This document shows, piece after piece, positions 25,359-34,924 of a stretch of 43,568 nucleotides of DNA (within the stretch, counting starts at the first letter, position 1; each line of letters starts with the position of its first letter). Origin of the DNA: Octopus sinensis (taxonomy: Eukaryota). The position numbers and the translations under genes are program-made. A model generated the notes under the pieces. It made no database searches and had not been told where the DNA came from. It saw only the letters and a list, made by a program, of their open reading frames with translations. Where the stretch lies: NCBI RefSeq assembly GCF_006345805.1, contig NW_021835407.1, positions 1 to 43,568 on the forward strand, in the 5' to 3' direction.

Positions 25359-25404
25359 CCACCTGATGAATGTCCATAGAAGTGACAAGAAACGATCGTA
25401 GTGG
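25359..25404 (+). ncRNA. Minimal type I hammerhead ribozyme
   Basis: CCAC-CTGATGA-A-TGTC-catagaagt-GACA-A-GAAAC-GATC-GTA-GTGG. The core is canonical, loop III is palindromic (GATC), and the predicted cleavage is after A25400. Confidence 0.78.
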
Positions 25405-25587
25405 ATATCTTAATTATATTTAATTTATATAAAATTTTTTATGTATTGGATTAAGTCTTTCTTTGTTTGATTTGCATAATAGTGGTTTTGTCTCTAATTA
25501 ATATTATATTATATTTTACTTTAAAATTGGATCCAATCCTAAATCTGATTTTTCCCTGTAAATTTGGATTTATTCCCTAATATTTAT

Positions 25588-25623
<36 letters not shown>

Positions 25624-25701
25624 TGTACAAAAAGTCTCTCCACAGTGAATTCTATATACATATATATACACAGTGTTCAAAGGTCTCTCCACAGTGAATT
25701 T

Positions 25702-25734
<33 letters not shown>

Positions 25735-25876
25735 CACAGTGTTCAAAAAGTTTCTCCACAATGAATTTTTTATATATATATATACACACATTGTTCAAAA
25801 AGTCTCTCCACAGTGAAATTTATATGTATATATATATATATACACAGTATTCAAAAAGTCTCTCCATAGTGAAAAT

Positions 25877-25938
<62 letters not shown>

Positions 25939-25945
25939 TATATAT
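25588..25945 (+). repeat. Cluster of 5 TIR-like units with (AT)n
   Basis: Units at ~25618, 25668, 25734, 25788 and 25843. Confidence 0.9.
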
Positions 25946-25955
25946 ATGTGTGTGT

Positions 25956-26900
25956 ATTTTCTTTCTAGTTTCAGCTCAGAGCTGCGGCCATGCTGATGCA
26001 TCCCCGTCTTGTACTACACTGTTTTTACGACGAACCTCGTCTAATATGTGGCACTTGATGAAGAATAGAGTTTGATATAGCTACTCTCATTTGCACCTCC
26101 TGCCATGAGGTAGATTCATCTGGGACTCTTGACAGGAAGATGTCCAGGTTTGATTTAAAAACTGCTACATCCACTTTGTGCAAGTTTCTCAGACTCTTTG
26201 GGAGAATATTAAAAAGCCCTTGAAACCCAGGCTGTTGCAGAAGCTGGTCCTGAAGCGTGATGTCATTGCTGGGATCTTTGGCACTATGCAGTGTCGTCCC
26301 GTTCTAGCATTGGTGTAGCTTACAATGCCAAAATTTGGCACAATTCTTTCCAGGATCTTCCAGACATATATTACTGCATACCTCTCCCGTCTTCTCTCCA
26401 GGGAGTAGAGTCTTAGCTGTTTCAACCTTTCCCAGTAGCTGAACTGTTGCAAAGAGATGATCTTCTTTGTGAATCTTCTCTGGATTGCTTAAAGATCCGC
26501 TGTTTACTTTACACTGGTGGGTGACCATAGCTGTGAGCAGTAATCCAGGCGGCTGAGGACGAAAGTCCGCCAGAGAACCATCATGGTTTTCTTATCTCTT
26601 GTTCTGAATGTTCTAAGGATCCATCCAGCCAGTCGTCTGCACTTTGTCGCCATCCTGGTAATGTGCACTTGGAAAGAGGTATCATCACTCATGTCGATAC
26701 CCAGGTCCCTCACAGACTTAGGCTCTGGGATTGAAATTCCCTGTGGACCGGTGTATCCTGTAAGAGCTGGGTCAGGCAGCTCCTACCTGGTCGGAAACCA
26801 TGCTAGGTATTACTCAGCAAGTTATTTTCCTCAAGGAATGCGATTAGTCTCTTTCTGACTATCCGTTCCATGAATTTGCTGATGTGTGAAGTCAGAGAGA
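25956..26900 (-). mobile_element. Internally deleted CR1/L2-group LINE 3' fragment (relative of the 28449-34044 family)
   Basis: RDLGIDMS, CRRLAGWILRTF, LSRLDYCSQLWSP, LYSLERRRERY. An RT piece (HGFRPGRSCLTQLLQ) is joined directly to YTGPQG at ~26757. The tail is CAGCATGGCCGCAGCTCTGAGCTGAAAC. Confidence 0.9.
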
Positions 26901-26923
26901 TATGTATATATATATATATATAT

Positions 26924-27886
26924 TTAAAAATTGAGGGAGATAAATTAATATTAATTTTAATATCAATTTAAAACCAGTAGTCCAGCATTCAAAAAATCTG
27001 AGGAGTCAGAGAAAATTCAAATATATGTGTATATTGGCAGGGCTGGCCTGCTAGGTAGCCGGCCAGAATACTAGAAGAAGATCATCAACGATCAAACTAC
27101 AAGGGAAATTCTCTAGAGGAAGAATTCAGCGAACACTGAATTCTTCCTCTAGAGAATTCCCTTGTAGTTTGATCGTTGATGATCTTCTTCTAGTATTCTG
27201 GCCGGCTACCTAGCAGGCCAGCCCTGCCAATATACACATATATTTGAATTTTCTCTGACTCCTCAGATTTTTTGAATGCTGGACTACTGGTTTTAAATTG
27301 ATATTAAAATTAATATTAATTTATCTCCCTTAATTTTTAAATATTTAAATAAATACGTTCCCTAGTTGTAAGCACTATCCGCAGTGAATTATTCACTGCA
27401 GTCCTTCGCTTCAGGAGTCTCTCAGCGCGCCAGAACCAAGACATTTGAAATTTTATTCCCGATGTAATCAGTAAGACTAAGCACGTGTCTGTCTTGACAC
27501 AGAGAGCTGGGGTTAGTCTTGCGGTTTGCATCACGAGGACCGAATGTACTGAAGAAGTCACGGACACTTGAATTATGCAAGTAATTCTTTTGTTAAGACC
27601 GAAACCGAGGTATGCATTTAAGTCTGTTATTTATTTAATTTTTCATATGTCCTGCCCGCCAAAGTTGGTTCTGGTGTTCGCTGAATTCTTCCTCTAGAGA
27701 ATTTCCCTTGTAGTTTGATCGTTGATGATCTTCTTCTAGTATTCTGGCCGGCTACCTAGCAGGCCAGCCCTGTCAATATACACATATACTTGAATTTTCT
27801 CTGACTCCTCAGATTTTTTGAATGCTGGACTACTGGTTTTAAATTGATATTAAAATTAATATTAATTTATCTCCCTCAATTTTTAA
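26924..27886 (+). mobile_element. Non-coding HHR-containing element: ~210-bp unit U in three copies (reverse 26924-27135, forward 27136-27345, forward ~27681-27886) around a unique ~330-bp core
   Basis: Hairpin GAATTCAG-CGAACA-CTGAATTC at ~27122-27143. The direct-repeat period is 545 bp (27136 vs 27681). Confidence 0.75.
27543..27618 (+). ncRNA. Type I hammerhead ribozyme motif
   Basis: AATGTA-CTGAAGA-AGTC..long stem II..GACC-GAAAC-CGAG-GTA-TGCATT. Stem I is 6 bp with one G.U pair, and there is an A.C mismatch at the base of stem II. Confidence 0.65.
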
Positions 27887-27908
27887 ATATATATATATAT
27901 ATATATAT

Positions 27909-28213
27909 ACATATCTCTCTGACTTCACACATCAGCAAATTCATGGAACGGATAGTCAGAAAGAGACTAATCGCATTCCTTGAGGAAAATAACTTGCTGA
28001 GTAATACCTAGCATGGTTTCCGACCAGGTAGGAGCTGCCTGACCCAGCTCTTACAGCATTATGACTGGGTGTTGAGGCAGTTACTCAACAAATCAAATGT
28101 GGACGTAATCTACCTTGATTTTGCAAAAGCTTTTGACAAGGTGGATCATGGTATGATATGCCTTAAACTACGTGACCTCGGCATAGCTGGAAAACTTGGA
28201 GTGTGGTTGCATG
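27909..28213 (+). pseudogene. Short CR1/L2-group RT fragment
   Basis: ISLTSHISKFMERIV...HGFRPGRSCLTQLLQHY...VIYLDFAKAFDKVDHG. Its first ~150 bp mirror 26757-26900. Confidence 0.9.
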
Positions 28214-28356
28214 ACTCAGTGTTCAAAAGGTCTTTCCAAAGTGAAATTCATGTATATATATATACACAGTGTTCAAAAAGTCTCTCCACAGAGAATTTTA
28301 TATATATAGATATACACAGTGTTCAAAAAGTCTCTCCACAGTCAATTTTATATATA

Positions 28357-28403
<47 letters not shown>

Positions 28404-28404
28404 A

Positions 28405-28440
<36 letters not shown>
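28213..28440 (+). repeat. Cluster of 3 TIR-like units with (AT)n
   Basis: Units at ~28213, 28263 and 28314. Confidence 0.88.
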
Positions 28441-28444
<4 letters not shown>

Positions 28445-28996
28445 ATACAAGATGGCGCTGAACTAACAACAAGTGTGTGTTAACGTGTCTCTCCTAAAGA
28501 TTAAAGAAGTCCTTCCAGAGATCGATGTTATTAGAAGCGAAATTGTCTGCAAAGCGAATATAAGTGAGAGTACAACAAGTCACTGTATTTGAGAAGAATA
28601 TTTTCGCTTTTGATATAGTATTTGCAACTAGAACATACCTCGCGAATACATGTGTTAAAAAGCACGTGTGTTACTTCCCGAAATCGAAGTGAATTTTATT
28701 CTTTGTCTGTGAATCAACAAGACACAGTATTTTTGAGAAGGATATTTTCGTTTTTGATGTCGTATATCTGCGTGTTCTGAAAGCCTCTGAAAAATTTGCT
28801 GCTTAATACCAAATCGCTTAGGAAAATATAGAAAGTATCGTTAAATTGTTTGCATGTACGAAATCGGAACTCTAATTCCTTTTGTTTACAAAATACGATT
28901 AAGGAATATAAAAGGTCTATCTTATCTATCTATCTTCCTTTCTTATAAAAAGGAATCACGTAAGTATTCTCTCAGCCGGTAAGGTAAGGAAAAATA

Positions 28997-29615
28997 TTAT
29001 TTATTATCATTAGTGTTCTTTCAACCAGAAGATAATAATTAAAAAAGATATAAAAATACGCGCTATTCTATCTTTATATTTTGTCCTCCGTTTTTGCCAC
29101 ACACTCTCTCCTTCTCTTTCTTGCATTTATATTTCTATCTCTCTCATACATTTTTATTATTTATTATCATTAGTGTTCTTTCAACCAGAAGATAATAATT
29201 AAAAAAGATATAAAAATACGCGCTATTCTATCTTTATATTTTGTCCTCCGTTTTTGCCACACACTCTCTCCTTCTCTTTCTTGCATTTCTATTTCTATCT
29301 CTCTCATACATTTTTATTATTTATTATCATTAGTGTTCTTTCAACCAGAAGATAATAATTAAAAAAGATATAAAAATACGCGCTATTCTATCTTTATATT
29401 TTGTCCTCCGTTTTTGCCACACACTCTCTCCTTCTCTTTCTTGCATTTCTATTTCTATCTCTCTCATACATTTTTATTATTTATTATCATTAGTGTTCTT
29501 TCAACCAGAAGATAATAATTAAAAAAGATATAAAAATACGCGCTATTCTATCTTTATAATTTGTCCTCCGTATTTGCCACACACTCTCTCCTTCTCTTTC
29601 TATCTCTCTCATACA
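28997..29615 (+). repeat. 160-bp tandem repeat, ~3.9 copies
   Basis: TTATTATCATTAGTGTTC recurs at 29001, 29161, 29321 and 29481. The copies are nearly identical. Confidence 0.95.
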
Positions 29616-30115
29616 GTTTATACCTTATCTGTCTCTCCATCCACCAGACCCTCTATTTCCGCTCTCACTCTCCCCTCCTCCCTCTCTCTCCCTCTGCCAT
29701 CGTTTCTCTTTCTGCATCTCTCTCAGATCAACTTTCTCACATCTCACCCCCCCTCTCAGTTCCTCAACTTCACTCATTCTCTCTTGTATCTATATACCGC
29801 CCTCTTTTTCTCTCTCTCTCTCTCTGTTACTCCCCTCCCTCTCTCTGTCTCTTTCCTCTCCGCTCCTTCACAGGTCAAACCCCTTTTCCTTTTCCCCTTC
29901 TGTCCCCTTATTTCTTTCTCTACACCACCCTCTCTGTCCCTTTACTACACTCTCTTGCACCTCTGCTGCGCCCCCTCTTTATTTTCTCTCTTTCTCTCTT
30001 CTCTCAGGACAGTCCCCTCGTCTCTCTCTCTATCCCCCCCTGGCTTTTCTCCTTTCTCTTCTCCCTCTCCATCTTATCTTTCCTTCTCTATCTCTATCTC
30101 TGTTCCTATATTTCA
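29600..30115 (+). repeat. CT-rich low-complexity (polypyrimidine) tract upstream of ORF1
   Basis: Seen directly in the sequence. Confidence 0.85.
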
Positions 30116-30125
30116 CTAGTCGAAA

Positions 30126-31021
30126 ATGGCAAGAAACTGGTCTGCGAGAGAGGTGCAATTGTTCGTCCGCGCTTGGAAAGGTTGCTGAGGACGACTCGCC
30201 GAACAATATTATTGCAGTGGCGCTGAAAAGCAACAATTTTTCGAGAACCACCGCCCAGATAGAGCGAAAGAAGCGAGAATTTATCCGTTCGTACGCTCTA
30301 ATCAGGCAACATGTAGACACCCTGGACATCATCCTAGGATGTGACGGCACCAGGGAAGGCCAAAAGGATGAAGAAAACATCCAGAACCAAACGGAGAAAC
30401 CTAGAACACAGGGAAACAATGACACATGTCCAGCTCCCAACACCACAACTGAAGACCAAAGAGGTGCGATGGCCACAAGAAAAGAAAAGCACCCTAAAAT
30501 TGATGGGAAGCGGGAGGTAAAAGGCGACAAAATCAAAGCTAAAAGAAACCCTGTCCAGAGGAAACAAAAGGACTCCAGCAAGAACTATAAGGCCAAAGAA
30601 AGAAACATCTGCAAATTCTACCTGAGGGGGGACTGCTGGTACGGCGTCGAAGGTGCAAACTGTCGCTTTGCACATCGGAAGCCCTACCAAAACCGCACGG
30701 ACGCGAGACAGAGGTCCCTCCCTCAGGGAGAACAAAAAGAAAAAGTTAAAAGAAGGGAAAAGCGCACTGACCACTACTGAAAGACGGTATGCAGATGTGG
30801 TGCGCAGAAACCCAACAGGTGGCCGGCTTCACCCACATGTGAGAAGGGCGGCAGCTGAACAGCAATCTTTTTTGTGCATGGCACAAAAAATTGTTCAGCA
30901 GCTGACCTGGCTGCAGGCGCAGAGCTGGAACTACCACCACATAAGGCCACCTCCAACAGATGCAGGATGGCCACCACAGACACCAACACCAACACACACA
31001 CCACAAAAATATTTCTACTGA
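30126..31021 (+). pseudogene. LINE ORF1 with an N-terminal Myb/SANT-like domain and a CCCH zinc finger (frameshifted)
   Basis: ATG at 30126. Removing one base at ~30177-30180 gives MARNWSAREVQLFVRAWKVAEDDSPNNIIAVALKSNNFSRTTAQIERKKREFIRSY. CKFYLRGDCWYGVEGANCRFAH is at ~30610-30675. Confidence 0.6.
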
Positions 31022-33976
31022 ATGTAGGAGGGCTGCTGCGCGGAAACTGTAAAAGGAAAATCTCATTCCTGAGAGACCTTGTGACATGCAATCAAGCTAT
31101 ATGCATGGCACTCACAGAAACGCATCTTGAACCCGATATAGGTGATGCAGAAATACACATGCCGCAATATGCAGTCATACGCACAGATAGAAAAGGGAGG
31201 AGCCATGGTGGAGTTGCAATGTACATCCGAGATAACCTCACGCCCCAGGTCCTGCTGTCATATTCAAACTCAGTATGTGAAACTCAAATTGTACACATAC
31301 GACAACTGAATATCATCATATGCACTACATATCGCCCACCAGATGCCCCAAAACACTCAGGCATGTTTGAAGACTGCCTAACAAAAATAGGAGAATCCTC
31401 ACCAACCTTGAACAGCACAACAGTGTATTCTTCATGGGTAACTTTAACCTCCCCAATGTGGAATGGCCTGGGGGGCAGATGCTCCCAGGGATGACACACC
31501 ATCAGCAGGCACAGGTGGAGTCCCTGCTCCATCTCACAAATGCCTCTTTCATGGAGCAAATAGTTCTGCAACCAACAAGGGCAGATAATATACTGGATCT
31601 CTGCTTCACAAACAATATGGATATTATCCATAATGTTAATGTGATGCCGACAATGATCTCGGATCACAACATAATAGAGCTGTCTATGTATGGAACAAAA
31701 TCCCCCGTAGACACACAGCCTATACGAAGCACCCACCATCTCTCCAACTTAAACTTTCATAAAGCCAACTGGAAGTTGATTGAGAAAGAGATCCTCAAAC
31801 AGAATTGGCCTGAATGTCTCTCCACACCGGACATAAACATGAAACACAAACACTTCATGTCCATAATACAAGCCATATGTGACAAATATGTCCCAGTGTG
31901 CAGGGCCAGCACACACAAGAACAAAAACAGGATCCCTAGAGAAAGGAGGATTCTTATGAGACGACGGACAAGGATTGCAAACCGCCTGAGCAAGCACACC
32001 AAAAGTGGTGAGAAGTCTCGGCTCGAAAGAATGCTAATGGAAACTGAGAAAAGTCTACATCAGTCCCATGAAAAGGAGAGAGCATATAAAGAAGCTTGGG
32101 TAATATAAAATATAAAATCAAACCCTAAAGCTTTCTTTAAGTTTGCCAAAGAGACAGCCGCAGTGCACCAGAGAATAGGACCTCTCTTCCAAAAAGATGG
32201 CTCTCTTACAGGAAATCCCACGAGGATAAGTGAAATACTGAACGAAAAGTTCCAAAGTGGGTTCACTACACCTCTAGGACACAGGCAAGTAAACAACCCA
32301 GAAGAATTCTTTGCCACTTTACCTGCGGCCAAAGAGACAAAAATTGAGTACATCAACATCGAAGATGATGATATCACACTAGCCATTGATGAGATTGACA
32401 CAAACTCAGCTGCTGGACCTGATGGATTCCCAGCGATCCTTCTCAAATCGTGCAAACGAGCCCTTGCAAAACCGCTACAGCTTCTTTTTCAGAGCTTTCT
32501 TGCAAGTGGTAAGCTCCCAGTCAAATTGAAAGAGGGGGTAATATGCCCTATCCATAAGGAAGGTAGCAGAGCAGATGCTAAAAATTATAGGCCTATCTCT
32601 CTGACCTCACACATCAGCAAAGTCATGGAACGAATAGTCCGTAAGAAACTAATCATGTTCCTTGAAGAAAATGACTTGCTGTCTGACACCCAGCATGGAT
32701 TTCGACCAGGTAGAGGCTGCCTAACACAGCTCCTGCAACACTATGACTGGGTGTTGAAACAGCTACTAAATGGCTCAAATGTGGATGTAATATATCTCGA
32801 CTTTGCAAAAGCCTTTGATAAAGTCGACCATGGTATGATCTGTCACAAACTGCGTGGTCTCGGCATAGGCGGGAAACTTGGAGAGTGGCTGCACAACTTC
32901 CTAAAAGACAGAAAACAGGCAGTTGTGAGCAATGGAGCCACCTCCAAGGAAACGCAAATAACAAGCGGTGTCCCACAGGGCACTGTCTTGGGGACACTGA
33001 TGTTCATAGTGGCCCTTTCAGACATGCCTTCAGTTGCTACGATGACCACCCTTGCTAGCTATGCAGATGACACAAAAGTCTCCCACGCAATACAAAACCC
33101 TGAAAATATTGCGCATCTGCAACATGAGCTGGACACAATATACAGGTGGGCTGAGGACAACAGCATGCAGTTTAATGCAGGTAAGTTCCAGGCCCTGCGT
33201 TACTGGCACACAAAGGTAAATGACGTGAAGACTGAATACACTGGCCCAGGAAGAATTGCAATCCCTGAGTCAAAATCAGTGCGTGACCTGGGCATTGACA
33301 TGAGCAATGATGCATCTTTCCAAATGCATATTGCTAATCTGGTGATAAAATGCAGACGGTTGGCTGGATGGATTCTCCGAACTTTCAGAACAGGAGAGAA
33401 GGAGACACTGATGGTCCTATGGAAAACATTCGTCCTCAGCCGCTTGGACTACTGCTCCCAACTTTGGTCACCACACAATATAAAACTAACAGCAGAACTC
33501 GAAGCAATTCAGAGAAGCTACACAAAGAAAATCGTCTCAATGCAAAATATCAGCTACTGGGAAAGACTGAAGGTATTAACCTCTTCTCCCTAAAGCGGAG
33601 GCGGGAGAGATATGCGGTGATATACATCTGGAAAATCCTGGAGGGTCTTGTCCCAAACTTTGGCATTCAAAGTTACTCCAACCGCAGAACGGGGCGCCAC
33701 TGCATGGTGCCAAGGATTCCAACATCACCATCAAAATACAGGTCCAGATACTGCAACAGCTTGGGTTTCAGAGGACCACAGCTATTTAACATCCTCCCTA
33801 AATGCCTGAGAGACTTACATGGTGTGGATGTGGGTTTCTTTAAAACTAAACTGGATCTCTTCTTGTTGGGAGTCCCAGATGAGCCTACCTCACGACAGGA
33901 GACGCGGATGCGGGCAGCAGAATCGAACTCCCTTGTTGATCAAGTGCCACGTATCACAGGTAGATTCACAAATTAG
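30967..33976 (+). pseudogene. LINE ORF2 (APE + RT) with three lesions
   Basis: FLLNVGGL, ALTETHL, TYRPP, GNFNLP, ILDLCF; YRPISLTSHISK, YLDFAKAFD, GVPQGTVLG, YADDTK. Frameshifts near 31430 and 33590 and a stop at ~32106. Confidence 0.92.
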
Positions 33977-34044
33977 TGTAGCTCATTCATCGGTGGTGCC
34001 CCAGCATGGCCGCGGCCTTCGGGCTAAAACATTTTTAAGGATTT

Positions 34045-34099
34045 ATATACCGAGTTCAAAACGTCTCTCTACAGTGAATTTTATATATATATATATATT

Positions 34100-34132
<33 letters not shown>

Positions 34133-34143
34133 CATATATATAT

Positions 34144-34196
<53 letters not shown>

Positions 34197-34325
34197 TGTT
34201 TAAAGTCTCTCCCCAGTGAATTATATATATATATAATATATATATATAGTTTTCAAAAGTCTCTCCACAGTGAATTTTATATAAATATATACATACACAG
34301 TGTTCAAAAGGTCTTCGACAGTAAA

Positions 34326-34365
<40 letters not shown>

Positions 34366-34401
34366 CACAGTGTTCAAAAAGTCTCTCCACAGTGAATTTT
34401 T

Positions 34402-34445
<44 letters not shown>

Positions 34446-34583
34446 CACAGAGTGTTCAAAAATCTTTCCATATTTAAATATATATATATATATATATATA
34501 GTTATATATATAATATCTATATATATGATATATAGAATATATATATATATATATATATTATATATAATATATATATATATATA

Positions 34584-34629
<46 letters not shown>

Positions 34630-34690
34630 GTGTTCAAAAAGTCTTTCCACAGCGAATTTTATATATATATTACATATATATATATATGTA
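34045..34690 (+). repeat. Cluster of ~7 TIR-like units with (AT)n and (CT)n
   Basis: Seen directly in the sequence. Confidence 0.9.
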
Positions 34691-34840
34691 CGGTTAAGTA
34701 ATTGAGATTCTAGTGAATTCTAAAGAATTCACTTGAATATGGTCCTTAACTAGGATGCACCGGAAATCTATATGGTGTTAACCATACGACAAGTGGGGTG
34801 ATTACAAATAGGAAAAAAGCAACAAGAATGGATTAAAATC

Positions 34841-34924
34841 TCGGTACGATCGTTTCGTACGAGGACATCTTTAATAAGCTACAAGAAATGCAGTGAATAC
34901 AGATGGCTCGTACTCGTCAGCCGA
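34841..34924 (-). ncRNA. Type I hammerhead ribozyme (canonical)
   Basis: Mirror of 36865-36948. Confidence 0.85.

Larger units (their letters stand above)
20284..25590 (+). mobile_element. 5.2-kb PLE insertion bounded by ~1-kb inverted pseudo-LTRs, each carrying an HHR
   Basis: 20284-21286 is the reverse complement of ~24510-25507. The interior contains a decayed PLE C-terminus/GIY-YIG on + and a TG/TA-rich 3' region. Confidence 0.8.
28449..34044 (+). mobile_element. Near full-length CR1/L2-group LINE (5' UTR, ORF1, ORF2, 3' tail), inactivated
   Basis: It begins with CAAGATGGCG right after (TA)n; this 5' limit is inferred. ORF1 and ORF2 are listed separately. The tail is GGTGGTGCCCCAGCATGGCCGCGGCCTTCGGGCTAAAAC. 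Confidence 0.8.

Noticed and set aside
29561-30226. Leu/Ser/Phe-rich ORFs resembling membrane proteins
   Set aside because: They are an artefact of the CT-rich tract.
34712-34733. Perfect 10-bp hairpin AGTGAATTCT-AA-AGAATTCACT as a Helitron 3' end or terminator
   Set aside because: The spacing to CTAG and the following base do not fit the Helitron pattern, and there is no 5' TC or RepHel evidence.
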